A DNA stretch of 61,641 nucleotides, filler included, from Choristocarpus tenellus KU-1152 (taxonomy: Eukaryota; Protista; Phaeophyceae), in assembly GCA_964200185.2 (NCBI GenBank). It is 11 parts of 11 records of this genome, joined end to end, with 100 filler letters (N's around TTAATTAATTAA, not from the genome) between each part and the next. Parts side by side here need not be neighbours in the genome. Positions count along the whole stretch, not along the records: positions 48,415 to 54,364 come from CAXNAD020009336.1; positions 54,465 to 58,808 come from CAXNAD020015008.1; positions 58,909 to 61,641 come from CAXNAD020025217.1; 8 more parts are not named here. One strand, 5' to 3'. The translations under genes and the position numbers were made by a program. The notes under the pieces were generated by a model. That model was not told where the DNA came from, did not search any database, and saw only the letters and a list, made by a program, of their open reading frames with translations. Positions 50,741 through 61,418 of this stretch are shown here, in pieces (positions within the stretch are counted from its first letter, which is position 1; every line of letters begins with the position of its first letter).

Positions 50741-52780
50741 CTGTTATATTCATCATCATCATCATCATCAGTAGTAGTACATGAGTGTGGGGGATCCCAG
50801 ACCCGTGGTGAAGAATGTGATGGAGAGAAGGCAAATTGGTAAGAAAGGAGAAGGTTAGCAAGGACCATGTTAAGAGCAGAAACACATACCTCCCCTCGCC
50901 TCCCCTCCCCATGGAAGAAAATATGTTGGGTGCAATACCATAGTTTGCTGTCTTTTTAACTCTCATTTCATGGCGTGCAAGGTGCCTTACCCCACAACAA
51001 GGAGTATCAGCTGCTGGGATGAAAATTGGGTTTCTAGGGACGGTTTGGTAACCTACACACTACTTCTGTGACCTCCCTCTGTGTTTTTGACTGATGGCTA
51101 TACCACCACTATTTTTACTAGTAGATAGAGGGGCTGCTATTCTATGTTATTGGTGAGAAGAAAATAAAAATGACCTTTTTTCCTGCACGATTACTCTCAT
51201 GTGGAGTTTATATATATATTGGGGGCGTTTGTGCAACTTTTCATCTGTGATTTAGTTTTCGATTTCATGCCGGGAGAAATCGGGATGAAAATTATCATCT
51301 TGAAGTTCGAACACACCCGTATCTCATGCACTGTAAGTTGGCTGTTTTTTTATTTTAATTCAACGAATTTTAAAAAAAAGAAAAAAGAGAATTATTTTTA
51401 AGTGTTTGATTGGTAGTCATGATTTGAGGGTCGGGGGGGGGGGTGAGGCTATTTTCACTACAATTGGTTGCATGGAATCTTTTTTTTCGTAAAAAATATG
51501 TCGACTCTTTTTATTTGTGGATGGTTGTAGGAAGTTTATTGAGGCAGGATTTTTTTTTATCTGTTTTATTTGTAAGTTGTATGGGCTCTTCCATTTTTTG
51601 ACAGAACTTTTTTTTTCATTTCTTAACCAGAGTATCTACGTAACACAGTGCATTTTTTAAAGATGAGAAATTATATTGTGAAATTCATCGGGGCAAGAAA
51701 TATGTTGACTTTATTAAATTAAAAAAAAAAAATGTGAGTAAGGTAGGATAAAATGTTCGACATTTCGTTTTCCAAAGAGAGTTTTTGAAATAATGTTGCC
51801 GTTGTAGTTGTATGATCTAGAAGCAACAGCCGCAGCAGTTTTGTTATGATGAGCAAAAAATTATGTGGTTAAATGTGATGGTTAAAAGAGCAGACGTTTT
51901 TTTCTTCCCTGTGTGGATAGAAGATTGTTGACCCCAAGCAATAATACTACCATTGTTGTTGGAGTGGTGGTGTGTTGTACTCAACGTAACACTTGTACAA
52001 CACTTTTGTAACACTTTATTAATGCGAATATTATGTTACCACTGCACTAAGTGTCCTGCATATTTTGGACTGAAGTATTTTGCGGGCTCTACGCATCGTT
52101 GTGCATGTTTTTGAGTTGGTGTTATGGACGTAACACAGTGTTGAGCACTATGTTATGTTGTCCAAGGTATGGTGTGTTGTAGTGTGCGTGTACCAACATT
52201 TGAAACAATAGGACCTTTTTTCAAGTGGAGGGCGACAGACAAATCCTGAAAATATTAAAACGGGTGCCTTCCACCTAAAGGAATCGGAGGTTGACAGAGT
52301 AGGTTGATGATACTATATATATATTTTTGTTACGTGTTGTAAGTGACTCAATCTATATACATGCTGTCGAGGGTTTGTTGCTCAAGTCAGGCGATACCGT
52401 ACACGGCCTATTTGTCTCAAAGTATTCCCAAATTCATGTGGGAATAAAAGAAAGAACGTTTATTATATTTTTATTATCCCTTCAGTCCTGGTGCTATGTC
52501 AAGATTACTGTTGATCGAGGGTTGAGCTGCCTTTAATAATAATGTATAATGCATGTTTTTTTAACCTTGTGTTTGTTGAACATTCAGGTACCACTGTTGC
52601 ACTATCACACAAGATCAGAGTTTTGGAACCTTCCTAGATTATTCTGTTGGTCATCGCCTCATTACTCACATGCTCTCCCCCGTACTGGTCATCTCAGTGT
52701 TCAAATTTACCTGGAGCCTGTCACTGGACCCCTCTCTCACTCAATCTATTTTCTCCCCTGTGTATGTAGTTGGAAAAAGC

Positions 52781-52854
52781 CACTCCAGGTGGGATTCGAT
52801 CCCTCAACCTCTGATTCTTTTATAAGGATTGAAATACCACTGTTCCACGGGGGC
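52781..52854 (-). ncRNA. tRNA-derived element (tRNA pseudogene or SINE head, Arg-like)
   Basis: Minus strand reads GCCCCCGTGGAACAGTGGTA..AATCAGAGGTTGAGGGATCGAATCCCACCTGGAGTG followed by GCTTTTT. It has box A TGGNNNAGTGG, box B GG(A)TCGAATCC, partial acceptor and T-stem pairing and a T-run terminator; the anticodon arm is disrupted. Confidence 0.6.
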
Positions 52855-54464
52855 AGACAGGAACGTCACTCTCTCCACCAGTGGAACAATTGCGCCTGTC
52901 TTCCTATAAGAAACAGTAGTGTTTTCTCAATGTTTTGTCATTCTCAAAGGCTGGACCAAAGAATGGTTAGGTTCCAATACCTATTGGAACCTGATCTTGA
53001 ACCTGGTCTAGACATGTCAGGAAATGTTGAAACCGGTCTGGACTGTGGATTGACCCCTTTGCATTTTCCGTGACCAGGTGAAAAGGTCTGAAGAGATTAA
53101 TAAATAAAAAAAGTGAGAACATGCGAGGGAAGGGCACGGTATAGTTTTGAGGGGTCCTTTTGACTGACTGTCCTTTGTTATACTAGATATAATGTTTTTT
53201 GAGGACTGTGGAAAGTGTATTCAGCTCCCAATGTGTTTACAGCTAATCCTCTCTTCTGTAGTCACACCCTCTCAGATGGGGGTTGATCACATATCACGTA
53301 TGGGCATATTGTTTATTGTAAAAAGGTTTAAAAAAAAAAAAAAATGAGAAAAAAAAAGGGTCAAATTTGATCCCCCTCTTTCATTATTGTTTCACTCCAC
53401 TCTATCAGTTGTGGTGCTGCCATTAACCCCAACCTGATAACGCCTTCCACCCACCTAAAATAATTAAGTCTTTCATTCAAACCTCTATCACTTGTGAAGT
53501 GAGGCTAGGGCCTCCTAAATGAGCCAAGCAACCAATTTTCTGGGAGCAGAGTGCCATTTATCTTCTTTCGACGCGCTTTCTAGACGCTCAATTTTTAAAT
53601 GCTCGATTCTACAACCCCCCTCAAATTGATGTCTCTCTCCGGGTGAGTATATAATATATTATTACAGTGATACTTTGGCAATAATATTATGTATATATAG
53701 ATACATACATAGATAATGTGGGGAAAAAAGCAAAGTGACCGCGGTAAAAAAAAATAAAAAAGTTGGAAAAGAAAAGAATTAGATATTTGAATGAGGGGCT
53801 GGTTCCCCTTCGACTCAACGCTTACACGATCACTCTTCTTTTTTTTTGGTACAGATTTTACGTTTTTCTGATGATAATGCTCGCGAATCTTGAACGACTT
53901 TGCAACCGTTTCATCGATATGAAAACGCCATCCTGACATCTAGTAACCCTGTTAAAACCAACAACAGTACTACGGCACGGAGGACGAAGACCAGCAAGAT
54001 GAAGCTGTGAGCATCTCTAGGTGCAGTACAGCAAGAGGAAGTCTGGCAATGTGGCCTTCCATTAATGACAAGGAAGATACGTTGGGTGAAGGTCATGGAG
54101 GGGGTGATACTGGCAATGGGGAGGGCAGCACCTGGGGCGAAAGGACAGCTGATAGGGACAGTGATAATTTGCGCCGGTCAAGGAGAAGCGAAAGAGGGAG
54201 CAAGAGGGTTTCAAGGTACATTGGGAGGCGAAGGAGACATTTTTCAAGTCGCTGTTTTTTTTTGTTTTAAAGTTCGGCTTGATTTTTTTTTTTTTGGGGG
54301 GGGGGGGGGGGGGGGATGGTTTAAGTTTTTGTTTTTTTTTTTTTTTTTTTTCAATAAACTTTATNNNNNNNNNNNNNNNNNNNNNNNNNNNNNNNNNNNN
54401 NNNNNNNNTTAATTAATTAANNNNNNNNNNNNNNNNNNNNNNNNNNNNNNNNNNNNNNNNNNNN

Positions 54465-54487
54465 CACCCCCCCAGATACTTTGGGTC
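54465..54487 (+). mobile_element. MITE family B right terminus at a spacer
   Basis: CCCCCCCAGATACTTTGGGTC. Confidence 0.7.
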
Positions 54488-54841
54488 GTAAAGCTCCACT
54501 ACTTTCCATGCCCAAACCTCACTCACCCCCGAGTCTAACTCTAGCCATCCTGCATTCATTGCTATAAGATAAAAATGACAAGCAAGAAGTTGGATGTTCT
54601 GGTAAAATGATGTTCTATATAGTCGATAGTTATGTCTGCCTTTCCCCAATTGACCCCAATTTTCCCTCCGACCTCTCACCCCACCCATCCCATCTGGTCC
54701 CCGTTTCCATATGTACGCCAGTGGGCTAAAACACTCACGATTGCATTCTTTGCGGGTCATTACAATATACAAGATCGACACATTTGAAATCACGGCATAA
54801 TCATAAATGGATGTTAAATGACAAATTTTGTGGGGGAGTGA

Positions 54842-55021
54842 GGCTTGAAGTATCTGGGGGGGGGAGTTGCGGCTGTCAATTTGGGATCAATTTTTTGTTG
54901 TCGCGATTTTTGGGTGATTTGGTTGCATTCTTCGGATGGATAATGTAAATACACTTTATCTGATTTTGGTCCAAATGGACACCCTGGTGTAGACTCCCCC
55001 CCCCCACAGATACTTCGGGTC
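54842..55021 (+). mobile_element. MITE family B, intact 180-bp copy
   Basis: TIR GGCTTGAAGTATCTGGGGG ... CCCCACAGATACTTCGGGTC; TGA on both flanks (54839-54841 and 55022-55024). Confidence 0.88.
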
Positions 55022-55087
55022 TGAGGGATGCAAATATTGGTCCCGCCCCTGTACTAGTCTCTGGTATTGCCCTCATCCACCGTATAC

Positions 55088-56316
55088 CTCATTTCACTGC
55101 GACACCCGGTGGTTCTATCCCTGGCCAGCTCGAATACTTGCTTGATGGACTTGTACACTTGCTTCCACTTAACTCTGAATCTGTGAGTTCAGGCTTGTGC
55201 CATTCGGTGTACAAGTTATAGGGGAGAACATGGGGAGGGGCAGAGGTTTCATTCACACTTACATATTTGATGAGCAGGCCGAACTGATTTATCTACAAGT
55301 AGATACACTAATAATATATAAAGTAAGAAGTAAGAGCCACTCCATCTGCTGTGCGTGCTGACCGTTTGTCTGGAGGTATCGATTACATCTGAGGATTGTA
55401 CATATCCATAGGATATATACATTGGAGGTGCTTAGATATTTTTTTGGGGGGAGAGTGAGCAGTGATGTTTTTGTGCAACGTGGAAAATATGGTAGGGTAA
55501 GCCCATACCTACAGTTTTAGTACCGCTTTGGCATAAAGAGAAACTGTTGATTCCCTTGAGGTGCATAAGAATGCACTTGTCACACATTTCGTGCCCAAGA
55601 AGGAGCACCCAATATAAACTGGACCACTGGCTTTTACTATTTGTTTCAAACTGTATGGTTTCTCAGATATATAAACCACTGATCACTACCACTGAGTTGG
55701 GGGTGTGGTTCGTACAAGCAATTGGAACCCTTTGCATATTCGGAAAGTCAAGAACCAGCTCGGTAAGACAACGAACGGCCCAATCGGAAAGGTCTGCCAT
55801 CTGTTGATCATGAATAACTCACACACAGAGAACAGTTGCTGGTGACACTACTGCTGGCATGCCTTTTTGGTATTGTATACTTCCTCTTATTTGCCCTCAT
55901 CTGTGTACTCCCTGAAAACTATAAATAAACTTTTACCATCTTCAATGTGTACTTCAACATGTCCCGGCATTTGTACCCTTTGTTCTTGACATATTTGAGT
56001 GTCAGCTCACTAGCTTATTATAACGTATTATTTTCTAGTTTTGTGTCCTCCCCCGTTACAATTTCCACATAAAATGTAGATGGACGATCCTTTGCCAGCT
56101 TGTGTACATGAAGCACGGCCGGCAAAAATAAGAACGCAGCTCTAAAGGTCAAGAACGTTTAAGTAGAGTGCCATGTGGTTATCAAGATATATATAGAGTG
56201 TAAGGACGGATGGAAGCAAGGTAGTGATGGGTGGCGATTGGATACGTCAACGGATGGCGAACCTCCTGCATGACTATGTAAAGGTCTTCAACCTGTTCCA
56301 CCTTGCTGGAATGTCC
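55088..56316 (-). CDS. Unknown protein with small exons (56316-56263, 55984-55937, 55800-~55729, 55180-55088); model incomplete
   Basis: AG/GT-bounded open exons GHSSKVEQVEDLYIVMQE|NKGYKCRDMLKYTLKM|MADLSDWAVRCLTELVLDFPNMQR and FRVKWKQVYKSIKQVFELARDRTTGCRSEM. The phase link to the last exon is unresolved. Confidence 0.35.
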
Positions 56317-56559
56317 CTTTCATTAGCAAACACGCAGGCCGGCAGGCAGCCAGGCGCGCGCGCTCACACGCAACGACTTCTTCTGCTGATCACCTTTTGA
56401 GACACTGCTCCTTTGCGTTGAACCACAATTGTGTGCATAAATGACCATGCTCTCTCTCTCTATTCCAAGCACCATCCTCCAATGCTTCTAACCACCCGAA
56501 GTTGCAACTACTGTACGTGGTTTGGTCTCCTCAACTATTTTGTCACCTCTACACAACAC

Positions 56560-56875
56560 ATCTGTTATTGGGTGGAGAGCAGGAGCTGAGGCTTGGTGAT
56601 CGCCTCTTCTATAGGGATTGGTGGGACTGCAAGAGTTGCTCGCATGGAGGATAAGTGACTTCCCAATATGTTTATTTTTGGAGACCTTGCAAAGGTAAAA
56701 TGGAAGCAAGATGGAAAGGAGAAGGACTGGTGAACGTATCTCCGAGATGATCTTGACAAGTTTGGGATTAGAGTTGAGGGTTGGAGCACGAGAGTCATTA
56801 ACCAACAGGAGGAGTGGTACAAGTGTGTGACTAACAGCACAACGAGGTTCATAGACGAATGGCATTCCAAGGTAT
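56560..56875 (+). mobile_element. RTE-clade LINE ORF C-terminal fragment
   Basis: Reads ARVARMEDK*LPNMFIFGDL..GKEKDW*TYLRDDLDKFGI..GW..EEWYKCV..RFIDEW, matching the RTE post-RT motif V.RM.D.RLPK...FGEL..G.EK.W...L.DDL..FGI. Confidence 0.8.
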
Positions 56876-58179
56876 CTGTGGATGACTAATGTTTGTCAAA
56901 CCAAACCAGCACCTAAGGTTGCCCAAGCCACCAACACCACCACCATCACTGTCTGCGGAACGCTGTTTTCTTTGTTGGTCTATCCTCTTGTATCCTTGAT
57001 TTATTTTCTTTCTTCTCTTCCCCCTATCAACTTTTTTGGGGTGATGGTGTTTTTCTTCTCTGAATCATATTCTTCCTCCTCAATTCTTTTGTTTTTTTCT
57101 GCTACTGCTTTGTTTTTCTCTAATGGTTCTTGTTGCCTTTTCTCTACCACTGTGCTTTGTGTTCTTTGGGCTACTTTTTCGGTCACAGATCTGCGATCCC
57201 TGAGACTAATGTGATGAAGATGATGATAACAATCATAATAGTAATAATAACAATAATAGCAACAGCAAAATCTACAACACAATAATAGCAGCAATAATAT
57301 TGCTGGGGTTCTTATTATATTGAATTGACTTTTCATTGGCTTTTCCCCTGACACACCTCCAAATATCGAGGGTACAAAAATAAATAACAGTAGTAATAGA
57401 AATAATAATGGTATGAACTTGAGATTACATACTAAACCTGGTTGTGTTCAATCTTCCAGGTGAAAGATATCTTAACAGGGACAGACCCTGAGGAGGCAAT
57501 CGACATTGTAACTGAAAAAGGCTACGGGCTAGGCCCAGCCCCAGTTTGGCCAGTTGGTCCGATTAACTGCTCGTCTGGTGAAAACCCAGGCTATCGTGAG
57601 GAACGTGGAAGCCACTAATCACTCACCAATAATAACAGTCATCTAAAGGAATATTTTTTTTGTTGCTGAGGTTTTCCTTCAACTAGCGCTAGATTCTGCT
57701 GTCTCTAATAGGACTTTTCAACTTTCAATTTTCACCACACTTGGAATCTGACAGGGGCACTACATATGTAACACTAATAAAAAAATACGTAGTTTAATAC
57801 ATATTTCTACATACTATGATGTAACGAAAACGGTCGGGACTGGACCAAGTAAAATATGCTTATATCCAGAATCTTAGTAGGGTTGGACCAGAGACGTCTA
57901 GGTTGTAAACGGACCATACCCGGCTGGCAGGGCAGTCGATCCAGTCACCTGCTGGTCCAGTGCACTGTTCTTCGCACTACTACAAATCTATATTCTGAGT
58001 TTAACTCAATATCCTCTTATAAATCCTCTTCTTACATTCCTTTTCTACCAAGAATACTCATGATTACTTTTCTAAGAATACGTTTTGTTCAAAATGTAAG
58101 TGGGAAATTAAAACAAAAAAAACTTAACTCTGACATTTTTCTATTTAATATTTTTCTACCAGCTATGCTACACCACTGC

Positions 58180-58760
58180 CCTCCTGTCCCTACAACCTGG
58201 CTTAGTCCTGCACCCCACGGTGAGGAGCTAGGGAAGCATCCGAAGAATCTATCAAGCCCCTCCTTGCCCACCTCCCATGTGTCTCCAGCTTAAAACGCAT
58301 GACACATCTAGATAGGGCTACTTACGTTGTGACAGAAACTATTTGTCGTAGACGGGACTTGACAGCCCCTTTTCTGGTGTAGCCTCCTGTCCTTCTCCCT
58401 CGTACGGCGTGCGTAGCTAGCTCATCCAGAAGCCTTTCCGGTTGCTTACCGAGGTGCCCAAAACTTTGCACTGTGAAGGTCTAGATCTTAAAAAATCCAT
58501 TTTGTTGTACTCCGAGTGGGAAAGTTTATGAAGTAATCTGAGTTTTGTGGGCGGAAGAATTCTGATTGGGCTGGGGCACAGGGGAAGGAAGGGGACAGAG
58601 AGAAGAATAAGAATTAGCAAGAAGGGAACGAATAGTCAAGAAATGAGGGGCTAAGAGAGGGAGGAGGGAGAAGTTAAAGAAATGAGTGGTAGGTGTAGGT
58701 ACAGAGGAAGAAGGAATGGTCAGTATTGAAAAGGTTGCCGAGGGCTGGGGGTACAAGAGG
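58180..58760 (+). repeat. Dispersed repeat family D (second copy split into ~60700-60810 and ~61419-61520)
   Basis: Shared GGAGCTAGGGA(A/G)GCATCC..CCCCTCCTTGC..AGC/TTT..CAT at the left and AGAAGGA(A/G)TGG(T/G)CAGTATTGAA..GGCTGGGG at the right. Confidence 0.7.
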
Positions 58761-59014
58761 CTCAAAGTATCTGTGAGGGGGTGCCGGCTGTCCATTTGGG
58801 GTCAATTTNNNNNNNNNNNNNNNNNNNNNNNNNNNNNNNNNNNNNNNNNNNNTTAATTAATTAANNNNNNNNNNNNNNNNNNNNNNNNNNNNNNNNNNNN
58901 NNNNNNNNTTTGGTTGCATACGTCTGAAGGATACTGTAAATGTATTTTTCCTGATTTTGGTCCAAATGGACACCCTAGTGTAGACCCCCCCCCCCCTCCC
59001 AGTTACTTTGGGTC
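58759..59014 (+). mobile_element. MITE family B halves on either side of a spacer
   Basis: GGCTCAAAGTATCTG.. (58759-58808) and ..CCCAGTTACTTTGGGTC (58909-59014); the flanks AGA and GTT do not match. Confidence 0.8.
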
Positions 59015-59189
59015 GTTTTCCAATAAAACCGTCATGTAATCATAGTTTACTGGACCTAGCATGTAAACTTACGCCAACCTCTACAAGTAAATTTAGGGCT
59101 GAAGCGTGGTTTTTGGCTTTGCTTTTCTAGTGTACAAGTCTTTTTTGAGCTATGTACCTATTTGTACCTTTTTTTGTCTTATTACTACT

Positions 59190-59775
59190 ACATAAACTTC
59201 ACATTCCCCCGAAGGTTCAATACAGCTACCTCAATCAGCGCCATTTCACAGAACACATTGGAGACCCTATTAAGATGATATCAAAGTCCCTGCTTGCACC
59301 AGACCAAAGGGAGGGGGTTATTTATTTGTTCAAAACGTTTTTTATGAGTAGGTGTAATAATCTGCCTTGGGCATTAGTTTAGATTTTAGCGAGTGTGATA
59401 GACCGTCATCCTCGCTAACGAATCTCAAAGGCATGTTTTTATCGGTTTTTGAAGCAAGTGTGTACATAATCTGCGATTCTTTCCCCGAAATTTCAATACA
59501 CCTACTCAAGTCAGCGCCATTTCACAGAACACAAGACATTGGAGACCCTATTAAGATGGCATGAAGTCTGCCTCTACCAGTCCAAAGGGAGACCTATACG
59601 TTTAATTTTTAGCATCGCTCAGAACTTTTTTAGTGAGTAGGCATTATTACAATCTGTCTCGGACGCGAATAATTTACTAGGTTGTCTAAAAAAGAACTAT
59701 TTCAGCGAGTGTGATAGATTGTCGTGCTCACTAACAAAACTCAAAAACATATTTTATTGGTGTTCTAGCAACGGT
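59190..59775 (+). repeat. Diverged ~280-bp tandem duplication
   Basis: TCAGCGCCATTTCACAGAACACA..TTGGAGACCCTATTAAGATG..AGCGAGTGTGATAGA occurs at ~59235 and ~59511. Confidence 0.85.
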
Positions 59776-60277
59776 GATGATGTGTGCACTTGTTAAAAAA
59801 GGGTAGCCTTGTAAGTAATGGAGGGATGAAGTGATGTTGTGGACATGGGTGTCAGTACGTCGTAGGAAGTCATACTTGCCTATCTATGAGATTGTATCAA
59901 CTACTGTATGGAAGGACTATCTGCCAAGTTATGGAAGGGATGAAATCGTATTTTGGAAATTGGTGTCAATACGTGGTAACAAGTCGTGTTCGTTTAACGA
60001 GGTATGTATCAGCTACGGTATTGAAGGTCTATCCTTTTTTTCTCGCGCTAGGGTTGTGCTTGACAGATTGCTTACATTAACGTATCCAAGAGGACCTACT
60101 CTTCAAGAGGAGCTCGTTGGTCACCCCCCCCCCCTCCCCAACCCCTACTCTGATTTGTCGAGTGGGAGGATATCATTTTAGGCAGTATACACATCATCAC
60201 GATTGGAGGTGTATTTTTTAGAAAGTGTTAAAGACCATGTTTTTGTGTGTGTTTCATTTGTGCTGGATGTATGAACT

Positions 60278-60386
60278 TAGTCTGCCGTATGTTGCACTAG
60301 ACCTATTGTTGTACTTGTCACTGATTATGCATAGTCTGTCGTATGATGCACTAGACCTAATGTTGTACTTGTCACTGATTATGCAT
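60278..60386 (+). repeat. 54-bp tandem repeat x2
   Basis: TAGTCTG(C/T)CGTATG(T/A)TGCACTAGACCTA(T/A)TGTTGTACTTGTCACTGATTATGCA occurs twice. Confidence 0.9.
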
Positions 60387-60810
60387 ACGACAGCGTCCTC
60401 ATTATCGACCCCAATTCATACCAACTAAATACACTACTACTTCTACTCTCATACACCGATGTTTCATCAGATTGAAGGTTTGGAAATAGATATGAATATT
60501 TATATTATTATGCCCTCTGACAATTTGCAGATATGTCAGGGGGGAAACCAATGAAAACTATACATATATATGTTGTTATTAGCCCTAAAGAAATAAAATA
60601 TCCTAAACATAAGAACACAATAAAACATTGTAAGTGTGGAAAACACTAATCTATCAGTTACTTCACCAATATAAAATATTGTACTAATGTCGTCCTTTGC
60701 TTCCCATCTACCTACTCCTGTGCCCCGGGGGGGGGAGCTAGGGAGGCATCCCAACAATCCAATAGACCCCTCCTTGCTCATCACCCTGGTGACTCTAGTT
60801 TGAAGCACAT

Positions 60811-61192
60811 ATTCATGAAAGATATGTAAAACATATGGTTACTGATTTTATGCATACCTTTTTTGAAAAATCTAATATTAATGTTCGATTTAGACCTAGT
60901 TTTTTCCCATTTACTGAACGGTAAGGATGAATAATTTTAAAAGAAGATGAATGTCTTGATATTTTGGGATGTCAAATGATTCATCCTAATGTATTAAAGA
61001 ATGTTTATCTTGATCCAGAGCAATATCAGGGATTTGAATTTGGTCTTGGGGCAGAACGTTTTGCTATATATGATCAAATACGGTATTCATTCATGATTTA
61101 CGCCATTTTTTGAAGGCGATATACGTTGGCTCGATAATTACATTTTTGTAACGTTTGATATTCCAACACTTTTAGGAGGATTGACCAGATGA
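60811..61192 (+). pseudogene. pheS: Bacterial (Rickettsiaceae-like) phenylalanyl-tRNA synthetase alpha subunit, 3' fragment, decayed
   Basis: Reads [30 protein letters not shown] / VRMN / [39 protein letters not shown] / MIKYGIH / DLRHF / [26 protein letters not shown]. These are the Phe[12 protein letters not shown] and motif 3 (GF.FG.G.ER) signatures. The region is intronless and AT-rich with several indels. Confidence 0.93.
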
Positions 61193-61418
61193 GGTTTACT
61201 ATATTTATATATCTAAAAAAATATATATCATGGCTTTAAAAAAATCTAGAGACTGATGCATCTTTAATAAAATAGCAAATACTCTATGTATGGTTTAGAG
61301 GTTGAGGATATTGATGATAGAGTCAGTCAACTAAAAAAGTTGGAAGTTGGAGAAATTTTAGAAGCAGCACCCAGATTCACACAAGTTAAGCTTTGCAACG
61401 TTCAATCTAAATCAGAAA
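61189..61418 (+). pseudogene. pheT: Bacterial phenylalanyl-tRNA synthetase beta subunit, 5' fragment, decayed
   Basis: The ATG overlaps the pheS stop (ATGA at 61189-61192) with AGGAGG just upstream. It reads MRFTI [insertion] SWL*KNLETDASL / KIANTLC / GLEVEDIDDRVSQLKKLEVGEILEAAP..VKLCNVQSK, matching the PheT start MKFTLSWLK.HL.T...GLEVE...VVG.I...KL.LC.V. Confidence 0.9.

Noticed and set aside
52549-53073. 174-aa ORF
   Set aside because: No motif recognised, and it runs through an antisense tRNA-like element; likely spurious.
60811-61418. pheS-pheT as simple bacterial contamination or as a functional gene pair
   Set aside because: Both genes are truncated and frameshifted and are contiguous with host repeats on both sides. 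Contamination is disfavoured but only excluded by read evidence.
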